Positions 1 to 9,911 of a stretch of 39,853 nt of DNA are shown here, piece by piece. Source of the stretch: Chitinophaga pinensis. GTDB taxonomy: Bacteria > Bacteroidota > Bacteroidia > Chitinophagales > Chitinophagaceae. A program made the translations under genes and the position numbers. The DNA lies in assembly GCA_943327275.2 (NCBI GenBank), contig CALPWM020000001.1, positions 1 through 39,853 on the forward strand. The letters run 5' to 3'. How positions within the stretch are numbered: position 1 is the stretch's first letter; each line of letters opens with the position of its first letter. The notes under the pieces are model-generated. The model saw only the letters and a program-made list of their open reading frames with translations, had not been told where the DNA came from and ran no database searches.

Positions 1-2441
1 AAAAATGTAGAAATGTCGAGATCTGATCTTGTTGGGATATTTTTAGGAAGCATGCTTTGCTGAAAATCTCGGGCTGCCCTCAACTCATCAGACCTTCTTT
101 CATTTTCAGCTTTCACTCTTGTTTTACGAGACTGATATTTACCAAATAAATATACTCCATAACCCAATAGCATAATATAGGCCAAATAAGCGTACCACGC
201 TCTATACCATGGAGGTAAGATTGTAAAAGACATGGTATTTTGCTGAGCGATTAGACCGCTCGCATCCATTGCCCTTACGTGTAATGTATAATCCCCTTCC
301 CTGAGATTGGTGTATTCTTTTTTTGAATCGCTTGTAAAAGCTCCCCATCCCTTGTCTTGACCCTCCAACCAATAGCTAAAAAGAATTTTCTCTTCATTTC
401 CAAAGACGGGATATGCAACTTCAAAAGTAAGTTGATTTTGACGAAATGGAATTTCTTGGTTTCTTAAAGCAATTGCCGAATCCTGGAAATAAACTGCAGT
501 TATCAAGGCCCTAAAGGTTGAATTTTTCTTTTTCAACGCCAAGGATGGAATGTATCTGAATAATTTTTCATCCTGAGACCCCAACCACACAACCTCATTG
601 TCTCCCTTTCCTTCTGCAAATATTCTTGAAGATAACTCAGACATGTTAACCTTCTCAAATGGAAATTTTGTTATGCTGGGCTGGTTTTTTTCTCCAATAT
701 TAAGCGTGTACAATCCGTTGAGTGTATAAAACCAGTTGGTTCCTGACTCGCTGTTATAGGTAATTGAAAACACCCCATCTTTTACAAGACTATCTAAAGA
801 CCAGCCCACATATGTTAACCTGTTGCTTTTAAAATTCACGGCATAAAAATGATATGAAGAATCATAGCCGTAATATTTGCTTGTACCAGCTTGAAAAAAT
901 CGAATGGCTTTGTTGTTTCCAAATCTTTTATCTACAACCATTTCATCAAAGCTTCCTGTTCCATCAACGCTATACTTGTATGAAACAGGACCATTCGTTG
1001 TATTTAAGATGAGAAATCCCGGCTCTGGTTCAGCAAAACCACTGATATAGGTTTGTATATTATTGGGGACTGTCTTTTCCCTCCAGCGCCCTTTATCATA
1101 TTCATGCAATGTCAAACCTTTGCCTGATGAAAAAAGCAGCTTTTTGTTCAGTTTACTTTGTCGTGATGCGCTTGTATAATATTGTGTCTTAATAATAGAA
1201 GTCTTGCCTGCTTTCGTGTATTTTATGTTGTAATTATTTGTTGTTATCAACATATCATCAAATAATGACAAATCAGATCCAGCCTCATCTACTCCCTGGG
1301 GCTTAAAACCAACAGAACCAAAATTATCCTTGGGTGGTATCAACTCATACAAGTCGGTACCCGTTTTTACAAAAAACCGACCTCCCATCCTTAACATTCC
1401 ACCTACACCCCCAAACAAACCATTCGTCGTTGTGAAGTAAGTGAGAGATGGGTCGGTGGTAATTACAGATGCACCATTACTTGCAACCCAAATATCATTA
1501 CTTCTGTCTTCAAATATATCTGCCACATAGTTTGATCCCAATCCAATGGAAGTATTTACAATTCTCTTTAATTCAAGATTTTGGTCAATCAAAATGAGAC
1601 CATATTTTGTAGTACCAACCGCAATTAATCCATTGCTTAAGACTGTATTACTGAGGTATACTTCTCCCTCAATAATCAACTTATCAAGTTGGGGGGTTTT
1701 TGTTTTTTCAAAACTCCCATCTTTTTTGAATAACCAGAAACCTGAATTTCTAGATGCAATTAGAATATTTCCGTTATCCAGTTGATACATAGACTCTAGC
1801 CTGTTGTTTGCCCACAAGGCCGAACCGTTTATGAACCTAAACTCATTGCCAAGCAGTTCAAGCATGCCGACCCCCCATTGACGGACAAAAACCCTGTTGC
1901 CAACCTTATGCATGATGTGAATGCTAGGGCTAAAGTGCCATGCTTTGAGAAGTTTATTATCGTGGTATTTGTAAACAGCACTATCTGTTTGAAAAAAAAT
2001 AGTGTCTTTTAGAATGGCAGAACTCCAAACACGACTGGAAACCTTATCCTTTTCTGCTAATGAGTTTGACAAAGACACATACTCATATTGATCTGCGTAA
2101 TTTTTCTTTAGATATCCAAAATTGAAATTTGATGCCAAATAAATATTTCCCTTTGAGTCCGTCCGGATTTTTCTGCCCTCTTCTCCATAAGGCAAACCCT
2201 TTAGATTAATTTTTTTGACACGCTTTCCATCATATAATGCAATTCCATTCAAGTGATTGCCTACCAGCACAATACCATTGGTGTCTTGGGCAACAGTCCA
2301 GTTGACACCACGGCCATTTAAAAAATCCCGGGAATAGTTTTTGATAAAATAATTTCCCGTTTCCATTGGGTTGATTTGTGCAATAGCAACATTTCGACAA
2401 CAAATAGAAATGATCAACAGTATGATATGCGCCTTTTTCAT
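1..2441 (-). CDS. Partial (runs off left edge) membrane sensor: signal peptide, beta-propeller/Y_Y_Y periplasmic region, TM helix, start of a SpoIIE/PP2C phosphatase domain; paralog of 2451..5681
   Basis: Absent from the ORF track, presumably because it has no stop in the window. I translated both ends by hand. From ATG at 2441: MKKAHIILLIISICCRNVAIAQINPMETGNYFIKNYSRDFLNGRGVNWTVAQDTNG. At the left edge: FTILPPWYRAWYAYLAYIMLLGYGVYLF...ENERRSDELRAARDFQQSMLPKNIPTRSDLDISTF, which matches the neighbour's DNERKNSELQAAKDFQQSMLPKALPSRNDLDISTF. Confidence 0.88.
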   Translation of the reverse strand, partial: MKKAHIILLIISICCRNVAIAQINPMETGNYFIKNYSRDFLNGRGVNWTVAQDTNGIVLVGNHLNGIALYDGKRVKKINLKGLPYGEEGRKIRTDSKGNIYLASNFNFGYLKKNYADQYEYVSLSNSLAEKDKVSSRVWSSAILKDTIFFQTDSAVYKYHDNKLLKAWHFSPSIHIMHKVGNRVFVRQWGVGMLELLGNEFRFINGSALWANNRLESMYQLDNGNILIASRNSGFWLFKKDGSFEKTKTPQLDKLIIEGEVYLSNTVLSNGLIAVGTTKYGLILIDQNLELKRIVNTSIGLGSNYVADIFEDRSNDIWVASNGASVITTDPSLTYFTTTNGLFGGVGGMLRMGGRFFVKTGTDLYELIPPKDNFGSVGFKPQGVDEAGSDLSLFDDMLITTNNYNIKYTKAGKTSIIKTQYYTSASRQSKLNKKLLFSSGKGLTLHEYDKGRWREKTVPNNIQTYISGFAEPEPGFLILNTTNGPVSYKYSVDGTGSFDEMVVDKRFGNNKAIRFFQAGTSKYYGYDSSYHFYAVNFKSNRLTYVGWSLDSLVKDGVFSITYNSESGTNWFYTLNGLYTLNIGEKNQPSITKFPFEKVNMSELSSRIFAEGKGDNEVVWLGSQDEKLFRYIPSLALKKKNSTFRALITAVYFQDSAIALRNQEIPFRQNQLTFEVAYPVFGNEEKILFSYWLEGQDKGWGAFTSDSKKEYTNLREGDYTLHVRAMDASGLIAQQNTMSFTILPPWYRAWYAYLAYIMLLGYGVYLFGKYQSRKTRVKAENERRSDELRAARDFQQSMLPKNIPTRSDLDISTF

Positions 2442-2450
2442 CTTATTGAT

Positions 2451-5400
2451 TTATTTTTTCTTGATTACGATAATTGTAATGTCATCAGGATTGTTTTCTC
2501 CAGATAACCACAAATCAACAGCAGCAACCAATTCATTTTTAATTGATTCTGCATCTTTGGATCCATTTTTTTCAATTATTTCCTGAACCCGTTTGTAATC
2601 AAATAATTCTGCACTAGCGTTAGGTGCTTCGGGTAAACCATCTGATAACATTACAAATGCATCCCCAGGAGCAAAATCCCTATCCTCGATTTCAAACAAC
2701 TCCCTTTTTAGTCCCCCAAGTGGTAATCCACTCATTTGTATCTCTTCGGTCTTGCCCGTAGCTGATACATAATGATAAATGGGCGGCATTGCGGCAGAGC
2801 TCATCTCAACACCTTCTTGTTTTATGCAAATAATATTGAGACTCATGCGCATTGTTCCAAGGTCAACTTTTTTGATAACCTTGTTCAACTGTTTTAAAAT
2901 TTCGCTGGGAGAAAGCGCGCTTATTCCGTTAAGTCCGGCTTTTGCGATAGAAACCATCATACCAGATATAATACCATGGCCAGTAGCGTCACCACAAACA
3001 ACATATAGATCACCATTTTGCTGTTCAAAAAAGTCATAATAATCACCTCCAATTTCTGTAGAAGACCTCAGGAAAGTAGATATATCAAGGTCATTTCTCG
3101 ATGGCAAAGCTTTGGGGAGCATGCTTTGTTGAAAATCTTTTGCCGCTTGAAGTTCAGAGTTTTTTCTTTCGTTATCCATTTTCCTCTTCTGCATGTTCTC
3201 TCTGTATTTTACAAATACCCTTACAGAGAAACCAAGTATTGAAAAATAAATCAAAAACGCCCACCACGAAAACCAAGGAGCTGGATGAACCCTGATCATC
3301 AGCGTTGCCCCTTCTTCGTTCCAAACTCCATCATTGTTGCTTGCCTTTACGCGAAATTTGTATTTTCCTGATGGAAGGTTGGTATAGGTTGCAAAGTGTC
3401 GACCTCCAGAATAATTCCAGTCCCGGTCATAGCCCTCCATCATATATGCGTACTGGTTAAACTCGGGGCTTTTATAGTTAAAGGCAATGAATTCCAGCCC
3501 CAGCTGGTTTTCATTGTATTTTATCTGTATCTCTTTATCATAAGCATTGTCTTCAATATTCAACAATTTTCCCATTTTGGTAATTGACTGAATAATCACA
3601 CTAGGGGGCGTGGTATTGTCTTTTATGCTTTCAGGGAAAAAATAATTTGCACCAAATAAACCACCAAAGGCAATTTCTCCATTGTTGCTTTTAGAAAAAC
3701 TGAACGCATTGTATTCATAATCCTGAGCCCCATCATTTTTAAAAAACCCTTTAAAAGTTTTTCTGGTGGGATCATATCTTATGATTCCAAAATTGCTGGA
3801 GGACCAGACCATTCCGTTTTTATCTATGGTAACATCATAAAGATATTGGCTGGGTATGCCATTTTTTTGGTTCAATATTGTTAGCTTTTTTGCCTTGAGA
3901 TCGATTGTAACCAGTCCATATCCAAAAGAAGGCAAGTAGACTGTACTTTCTTCATCGATATCCGCATAATTCATGAGCAACATTCCCACAGGATCAAGTG
4001 TTGTCCAAGGGATAAGGTTGGTGATTGCCCCTGTTGACTCATTCCATTTCCAGAAATGTTTGTTGGTGAGAATATATGTTTTATCTTTTCCCTTGTTAAA
4101 AATATATTTGATTCTATCTTTTACTTTTAACAAGGGAGTATAGGCTTTCATCTCAAGCCGTCCCAGTTTATCTGAAATCAAAATGGCTGTATCCCCACCT
4201 GTTATAAAGTCTCCGGCTTGGGTTAAATAAAAAAATGACTGGCCTACAACAGCAGGAAGCTTTCCTTCAAGATATTGTTTTGTCAGATTGAGCAACTGAG
4301 CAAAACTTTTCTCTCCTTTGGCTTTTTTGTACAATATCCTTCCCGCTTTTGATGTTCCCATCACGTAAATAGCACCGGTATTGTCTTGACCAAACACCCA
4401 TTTTCTTGACTCAAGTGATTGGGGATCATTAAGAAACCGGGTGGATTTTTTGTTTTTTCTATCCACCATTGTTATGCCGCCGCCCGCATCTGAACTGCCA
4501 ACCCACAAATTATCTTCGTTATCAATAAATGTACCCCATGCGGTTGAAAAGCCCAATGGCATTTCGGATGGTTCGTTTTTGAGTACAAAATTCATTTTTT
4601 TCATGGATGGATCATACTTGAGTATGCCCGTACCAGATGATCCTACCCAATAATTTCCCTCTTTATCTTCAATAATGTTAAAGTAAATATCTCCGGAAAC
4701 TCCGCTATTGGGTGCTGTTTTTGCATTTACGTGTGTAAACTTTCCCGTTTTTATGTCTAGTATTTCTATTCCCAATCCATCAATTCCTGCCCATAACGTT
4801 TTCTTATCCCTGCTCAGGCAAACCGACCTCACTTGACCCGCTGAAATTGAATATGGGTTTTTCTTATCATTTGTGTACATTATACTATCACCTGTTACAT
4901 GATTGTATTTAACAATCCCCCTGTCAGAGGCCAAAATACATTCCTTATCGTTCAACTTAATTGACTGAAAAAAGAACATCTGCTTTTCCTGATCGTCGCT
5001 CTTAAAAATCCTCTTGGTGAATCGCTCTGAATTTTTATCAAAAACAACCAATCCGTTTCCAGAACTGATCAGGAGATTGTCCTTACCAACTGTTAGTGCG
5101 GATATAAATGTATTGTCCTTCCATCTTCCGTTTCTGTCTATTGCCTCTGGAAACCAATGTTGGCTGAACTTTCCGGTTTTGAGGTCTAAAATATACAGGC
5201 CTGTAAGAAAAGTGGATATATAAAGCTTTTGTCGGAGTGTATCCAAGTTCAATTGAACAACTAGCCCAAGATTGGTGGATTGATAATTGGGAAATTTTTT
5301 TCTGAATTCTTCGGAAAAGCCGGGTTTGTAGTTGATCCAACGATCCTCTCTTCGGTTATACATGGATATTGTTCCGAGGTTAGAACCCGTCCATATGTTT

Positions 5401-5681
5401 CCCTTATCATCTTCCATTGATGCTGTTCTCCAGCCAATTGAAATGGAAACACTATCTGCCGAGATTGGCTCAAACTTTTTAACGCCATATCCATCATACC
5501 GATTCATTCCCCCCTGTGTTCCTGCCCAGATATAACCCAAATGATCCTGAATTACCGAGTAGGCAGAACTTTGGGAAAGCCCTTGGGCTATGCTGATGCT
5601 TTGAAACTTATAATCGGATGGGGGTTGGGCTAAACAAAGGGTTGTTTGCAACAGCAAAATAAAGCAGGTGGTCAGCCGCAT
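2451..5681 (-). CDS. Two-component-regulator-propeller / Y_Y_Y sensor fused to a SpoIIE (RsbU-type PP2C) Ser/Thr phosphatase
   Basis: Signal peptide; Reg_prop-like repeats (GLSQSSAYSVIQDHLGYIWAGTQGG, EDKEGNYWVG); Y_Y_Y domain (YAYMMEGYDRDW...ATYTNLPSGKYKFRVKASNNDGVW); TM helix after PAPWFSWW; PP2C motifs GGDYYD, CGDATGHG, LSDG, DDITI. Confidence 0.92.
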   Translation of the reverse strand: MRLTTCFILLLQTTLCLAQPPSDYKFQSISIAQGLSQSSAYSVIQDHLGYIWAGTQGGMNRYDGYGVKKFEPISADSVSISIGWRTASMEDDKGNIWTGSNLGTISMYNRREDRWINYKPGFSEEFRKKFPNYQSTNLGLVVQLNLDTLRQKLYISTFLTGLYILDLKTGKFSQHWFPEAIDRNGRWKDNTFISALTVGKDNLLISSGNGLVVFDKNSERFTKRIFKSDDQEKQMFFFQSIKLNDKECILASDRGIVKYNHVTGDSIMYTNDKKNPYSISAGQVRSVCLSRDKKTLWAGIDGLGIEILDIKTGKFTHVNAKTAPNSGVSGDIYFNIIEDKEGNYWVGSSGTGILKYDPSMKKMNFVLKNEPSEMPLGFSTAWGTFIDNEDNLWVGSSDAGGGITMVDRKNKKSTRFLNDPQSLESRKWVFGQDNTGAIYVMGTSKAGRILYKKAKGEKSFAQLLNLTKQYLEGKLPAVVGQSFFYLTQAGDFITGGDTAILISDKLGRLEMKAYTPLLKVKDRIKYIFNKGKDKTYILTNKHFWKWNESTGAITNLIPWTTLDPVGMLLMNYADIDEESTVYLPSFGYGLVTIDLKAKKLTILNQKNGIPSQYLYDVTIDKNGMVWSSSNFGIIRYDPTRKTFKGFFKNDGAQDYEYNAFSFSKSNNGEIAFGGLFGANYFFPESIKDNTTPPSVIIQSITKMGKLLNIEDNAYDKEIQIKYNENQLGLEFIAFNYKSPEFNQYAYMMEGYDRDWNYSGGRHFATYTNLPSGKYKFRVKASNNDGVWNEEGATLMIRVHPAPWFSWWAFLIYFSILGFSVRVFVKYRENMQKRKMDNERKNSELQAAKDFQQSMLPKALPSRNDLDISTFLRSSTEIGGDYYDFFEQQNGDLYVVCGDATGHGIISGMMVSIAKAGLNGISALSPSEILKQLNKVIKKVDLGTMRMSLNIICIKQEGVEMSSAAMPPIYHYVSATGKTEEIQMSGLPLGGLKRELFEIEDRDFAPGDAFVMLSDGLPEAPNASAELFDYKRVQEIIEKNGSKDAESIKNELVAAVDLWLSGENNPDDITIIVIKKK

Positions 5682-5787
5682 GTAAGGATATTTGGATATT
5701 GGAAATTACTAAAATATTTTTTTTATTCTTAAAAATGGCAGAATAAAATGACCAAATATTAATATGCAATTTTCCTAAGCAATATCC

Positions 5788-6591
5788 TTATACCAATAAA
5801 AATTGATCACCATCCTTCCAAAACGGAAGCCTGGTGCGCACTTCATCCAATTGGCTTTTTTCCAAAATGGTGGTATGTATATCCTCTTCTTTGGATTGGT
5901 GATAGAGGATTTGCCCCAGCGGGTCAATGACCATGCTGTCTCCGCTATGGTAAAGGCCGTTGCCATCATTGCCAACCCGGTTAACACCAACAACAAAACA
6001 CTGGTTTTCTATGGCGCGGGCCTGTAGCAGGGTTTTCCAGTGGTGGCTCCTTCGCTCGGGCCAATTGGCCACATTGATCATTACATCATATTCTGGCGCG
6101 GGTTCTTTTTCAGGATCAGCATTTGTTTGCTGTCTGGCCCAAACCGGAAAACGAAGGTCGTAACAGATTTGAAGGTTGATTTTCCACCCCCCAACCGAAG
6201 CGATGGTCCTTTTGTTGCCGGGCGCATAATGCTGGTCTTCGCCACCCAGGGAAAAACAATGTCGCTTGTCGTAATGTCCGTATTGTCCATTGGGCAGCAT
6301 CCAAATGAACCTGTTGTAGTATTCGCCCTCTTCCTCAATGCTCAGGCTTCCGGCAAGAATGATGCCCTTTTCGCGGGCAATATTCCTCATCCAGGCAATG
6401 GTTTCCCCGTCCATCTTTTCTGCCAACAGCTCTGGTTTCATCGTGAATCCGGTGGAAAACATTTCAGGCAAAACCACGATATTGGTCTTTTCCGTGATGC
6501 CCATGATTTTGGTGCGCAACATGTCCAGGTTGGCAACCTTGTTTTCCCAGTGTAAATCAGTCTGTATCGTTGTTATGATCAGCTTGTCCAT
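5788..6591 (-). CDS. Nitrilase-superfamily amidohydrolase (YafV/omega-amidase-like)
   Basis: Catalytic triad motifs LPEMF, YDKRH, ICYDLRFP, plus ARAIENQ. Start reassigned to MDKLIIT (ATG at 6591); overlaps the 3' end of recX by 35 bp. Confidence 0.9.
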   Translation of the reverse strand: MDKLIITTIQTDLHWENKVANLDMLRTKIMGITEKTNIVVLPEMFSTGFTMKPELLAEKMDGETIAWMRNIAREKGIILAGSLSIEEEGEYYNRFIWMLPNGQYGHYDKRHCFSLGGEDQHYAPGNKRTIASVGGWKINLQICYDLRFPVWARQQTNADPEKEPAPEYDVMINVANWPERRSHHWKTLLQARAIENQCFVVGVNRVGNDGNGLYHSGDSMVIDPLGQILYHQSKEEDIHTTILEKSQLDEVRTRLPFWKDGDQFLLV

Positions 6592-7081
6592 CCAAAAACA
6601 GTTTGAGTTTTTTTGAAACAATGTCGTTTTCAAAACCCCGCAACAAAAGGTATTGCCGGGTCTTGGATTGCTTGACATATACCGTATTTCCAGGGCCCTT
6701 CAAAGATGTCCACTTTTTTTCAATCAGCTTCATCAATGTTTTTTCATAGGCTGGCAGATCGATTTCTTCCCTCAGGGCCTTGCTGATGCTATAGGAAGAT
6801 ACCTGTCTTTTTTTGAGCTCCATCTCAATTTTTTTTCGACCCCATTGCTTGATCCTGAACTTTCCACCCACAAAAGCAGCCGCAAATCTCTCTTCATTCA
6901 AAAACCCCTCTTCAATCAGCTTGGACAAGAGCGGGTTGGCATCTGCCCAGGAAATGCCATAGCTGGAAAGCTTCATCTTGACCTCCTGGTGTGACCTTTC
7001 CTGAAAGGCACAAAAATGGCGGATCTTGACATAGGCCTGTTCGGGCGTCAACACCTTCCGCTTAAAACTGTATTCCTCCAT
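6557..7081 (-). CDS. recX: Regulatory protein RecX
   Basis: FCAFQERSHQEV, LIEEGFLNEERFA, WGRKKIEMELKKR and YLLLRGFE are RecX three-helix-repeat motifs. Start MEEYSF at 7081 (alternative 7099). Confidence 0.9.
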   Translation of the reverse strand: MEEYSFKRKVLTPEQAYVKIRHFCAFQERSHQEVKMKLSSYGISWADANPLLSKLIEEGFLNEERFAAAFVGGKFRIKQWGRKKIEMELKKRQVSSYSISKALREEIDLPAYEKTLMKLIEKKWTSLKGPGNTVYVKQSKTRQYLLLRGFENDIVSKKLKLFLDGQADHNNDTD

Positions 7082-7098
7082 TGTTGGCAAATTAATCA

Positions 7099-7138
7099 TT
7101 AACCACAGTCCTCGGGGTGGTTTTCAACATTATTCACT
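7099..7138 (+). promoter_or_regulatory. Three degenerate DnaA-box-like 9-mers in the recX/dnaN divergent promoter region
   Basis: TTAACCACA (7099-7107), TTTTCAACA (7121-7129), TTATTCACT (7130-7138); each is 1 mismatch from TTWTNCACA and all share one orientation. Confidence 0.45.
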
Positions 7139-7193
7139 GTTTTTTTATCGAAAATGTCAGAAAATTTTGCCCATTTTATACGCCGGTTGCGAC

Positions 7194-7201
7194 TATATTT
7201 G
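7194..7201 (+). promoter_or_regulatory. Bacteroidota sigma-A -7 element for dnaN
   Basis: TATATTTG matches TAnnTTTG, 23 nt upstream of the dnaN ATG. Confidence 0.6.
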
Positions 7202-7224
7202 CCTGATACAAACAAGGATAGCAT

Positions 7225-8337
7225 ATGAAATTTATCGTCTCCTCATCGGCCCTTCTCAAACAGCTTCAGCAGATCAATGGTGTTATCGGCTCAAACAATG
7301 TTTTGCCGATCCTGGAGGATTTCCTTTTTGAAATTGAAACCAACAAACTCACGGTTGTTGCCACAGATTTGGAAACAGTGATGAAAATCCACCTTGATAT
7401 TGAAGCCAAGGACAGTGGCCGCGTTTGTATTCCAGCCAAGATTCTGATGGACTCTCTGAAGAATCTTCCCAACCAGCCACTGACTTTTGATATTGACAAA
7501 AATTTTGGTATCGAAATCACCAGCGACAACGGTAAGTACAAGGTGATGGGAGAGAACCCAGACAATTTTCCAAAAGAACCCCCTGCAGACGAAACCTCTG
7601 CATTTACCATGACAAGCCATGCATTGCTGACAGCCATCAACAAATCAATTTTTGCGGTCAGCAATGATGATCTTCGTCCGGCAATGACAGGCGTGTTTTT
7701 TGAGTTGGAGAAAAATGGCATCACCGCTGTTGCCACTGATGCACATAGACTGGTGCGCTACAAAATAAAAGACGTGCAGTGTCCAAGAACAGACAACTTC
7801 ATCGTTCCTAAAAAACCTTTGAATCTTTTAAAGAGCTCATTGCCCGACAATGAAGATGAGATTTCCGTTTCATACAACAACAACCACTTGTTTGTCACCC
7901 ATGGTACGGTTGAGCTTTCTTGCCGCTTGTTGGACGCTCGTTTTCCCGATTACAAGGTGGTGATTCCAGCAGACAATCCCTACAGAATGACGATTTCTCG
8001 CCAGGATTTTCAGTCAGCCCTTCGCCGCGTAAGCATCTTCAGCAACAAGAGCACCAACCTGGTAACCTTGAGCATTTCTGGCAGCGAACTCCAGTTGCTT
8101 GCCCAGGATGTTGACTTCAGTTTCGAAGGAAACGAGAGAATGTCTTGCCAATACGACGGGGAAGACATCACTATTTCTTTCAATGCCCGCTTCCTGATTG
8201 AAATGCTGGGAAGCACCGACAGCGAAGAGGTTCGCATGGAACTGTCAACGCCAACAAAAGCCGGCTTGATCAAACCTGTAGAACAAGAGGAAAACGAAGA
8301 TTTGCTGATGCTTGCGATGCCTTTGATGTCTAACTAA
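7225..8337 (+). CDS. dnaN: DNA polymerase III subunit beta (sliding clamp)
   Basis: 370 aa with LPILEDFLF, ATDLE, RPAMTGV, ATDAHRL, RFPDY, FNARFL and C-terminal LAMP. Confidence 0.98.
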   Translation: MKFIVSSSALLKQLQQINGVIGSNNVLPILEDFLFEIETNKLTVVATDLETVMKIHLDIEAKDSGRVCIPAKILMDSLKNLPNQPLTFDIDKNFGIEITSDNGKYKVMGENPDNFPKEPPADETSAFTMTSHALLTAINKSIFAVSNDDLRPAMTGVFFELEKNGITAVATDAHRLVRYKIKDVQCPRTDNFIVPKKPLNLLKSSLPDNEDEISVSYNNNHLFVTHGTVELSCRLLDARFPDYKVVIPADNPYRMTISRQDFQSALRRVSIFSNKSTNLVTLSISGSELQLLAQDVDFSFEGNERMSCQYDGEDITISFNARFLIEMLGSTDSEEVRMELSTPTKAGLIKPVEQEENEDLLMLAMPLMSN

Positions 8338-8349
8338 AAAACAATTGAT

Positions 8350-9171
8350 ATGGATGCGTTGATCTCCTATTTCAGCGATCTTGAAAAAAGACCCCTCGAA
8401 AGAGCGGGTTTTTTTATAGCCGGCATGGTCTTTTTGTGGATCGTTGAAAATGCGATACCCCTGCTTCAATCCGATTACAAAAAAAGCAAGGGCCGGCATG
8501 CTGCCACCAACATCGCTTTCACGGCCATTCACTTCATCATTCACACCTTGCTTGCTGGGGGCATCGTCTTCATCGCCGGCTGGACGAATGAGCACCAGTT
8601 CGGACTGATCCACTGGTTTAAGCTGAGTCCTTTAGCGCTGATCATCACCACCTGCCTGGTCCTGGATTTTTTTGCAGGATGGCTTTGTCATTTTGTAGAA
8701 CACCAGGTGCCGCTGTTCTGGCGTTTTCACATCATCCACCATGCAGACAACAACGTGGACGTAACCACCGGCCTTCGCCATCACCCTCTAGAATCGGTTT
8801 GGCGTGGTGTCTTTTTCTATATTGGGATCTTCGTGGCGGGGACGCCCATGTTTGCTGTATTGTTATACCAGACAGCCCTTGTTTTCATTACGGGATTCAC
8901 GCATGCCAACATCAGCCTGCCGAAGTGGCTAGACAAAACACTGAGCTGGCTCCTGGTTTCTCCCAACATGCACAAAGTGCATCACCACTGGAAACAACCC
9001 TACACCGACAGCAACTATGGTGCCGTGTTTTCGATCTGGGACAGGTTGTTGGGTACGTTCATGAAACTTGATCCTTCAAAGATCCGTTATGGCCTTGACC
9101 AATACTATCCGAACGAAAAGGACGAGGATTTTGTCAGGCTCCTGAAAAGACCATTTCAAAAATTAAAATAA
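8350..9171 (+). CDS. Sterol desaturase / fatty acid hydroxylase family membrane protein
   Basis: His boxes HFVEH, HIIHH, RHHPLE, HAN, HKVHH, then NYG...WDRLLGT; multiple TM segments. Confidence 0.9.
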   Translation: MDALISYFSDLEKRPLERAGFFIAGMVFLWIVENAIPLLQSDYKKSKGRHAATNIAFTAIHFIIHTLLAGGIVFIAGWTNEHQFGLIHWFKLSPLALIITTCLVLDFFAGWLCHFVEHQVPLFWRFHIIHHADNNVDVTTGLRHHPLESVWRGVFFYIGIFVAGTPMFAVLLYQTALVFITGFTHANISLPKWLDKTLSWLLVSPNMHKVHHHWKQPYTDSNYGAVFSIWDRLLGTFMKLDPSKIRYGLDQYYPNEKDEDFVRLLKRPFQKLK

Positions 9172-9173
9172 CA

Positions 9174-9911
9174 GTGAAAAATATTGCTGTCATTCCCGCG
9201 CGCTTTGCCGCCAGTCGTTTTCCAGGAAAACTAATGCAAAGGATTGGTGAAAAAACCATCATCAGGATGGTCTACGAAAACGCAGTAGCCATGAATCTTT
9301 TTGATGAGGTATTGGTTGTTACTGATAGTGATGAGATCATGAACGAGATTGTTGCTGCTGGCGGGGCTGTGAAAAAAAGCACCAAAGACCACCAGAGCGG
9401 AAGCGACAGGATAGCAGAAGCCATTCAATCAATGGATGTTGATGTGGTGGTGAACATTCAGGGCGATGAGCCTTTTGTTGAAAAAGAACCACTCCAGGAT
9501 CTGCTGAACTGTTTCAAAGATCCTGCCGTAGCCGTTGCCTCCGTCATGAAAAGGTTTGGAGAAGGGGATGAGCCCGAAAACCCGAACCAGGTGAAGGTGG
9601 TTTGCAACAGGAACAACGATGCGCTTTATTTCAGCCGCTCACCGATTCCTTTCAAGCGGAACCGCAGCGCGGATCTGCCCTATTTTAAACATGTCGGGGT
9701 GTATGCTTACAGAAAAGAAACCCTGCTGAGTTTTACACAATGGCCCATGGGCGCACTGGAACAAACCGAAATGCTTGAGCAATTGAGGTATCTTGAAAAC
9801 GGGGTTGCCATTAGGATGGTAGAAACAAAAACAAGTAGCATTGGCATTGATACACCAGAAGATCTTGAAAGAGCCAGGGTTGAATACAAGTCTTCGCTGA
9901 AAGGGTTTTAG
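9174..9911 (+). CDS. kdsB: 3-deoxy-manno-octulosonate cytidylyltransferase (CMP-Kdo synthetase)
   Basis: IPARFAASRFPGK, SGSDR, NIQGDEP, ALYFSRSPIP, HVGVYAY, LEQLR, IDTPEDL; GTG start. Confidence 0.96.
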   Translation: MKNIAVIPARFAASRFPGKLMQRIGEKTIIRMVYENAVAMNLFDEVLVVTDSDEIMNEIVAAGGAVKKSTKDHQSGSDRIAEAIQSMDVDVVVNIQGDEPFVEKEPLQDLLNCFKDPAVAVASVMKRFGEGDEPENPNQVKVVCNRNNDALYFSRSPIPFKRNRSADLPYFKHVGVYAYRKETLLSFTQWPMGALEQTEMLEQLRYLENGVAIRMVETKTSSIGIDTPEDLERARVEYKSSLKGF

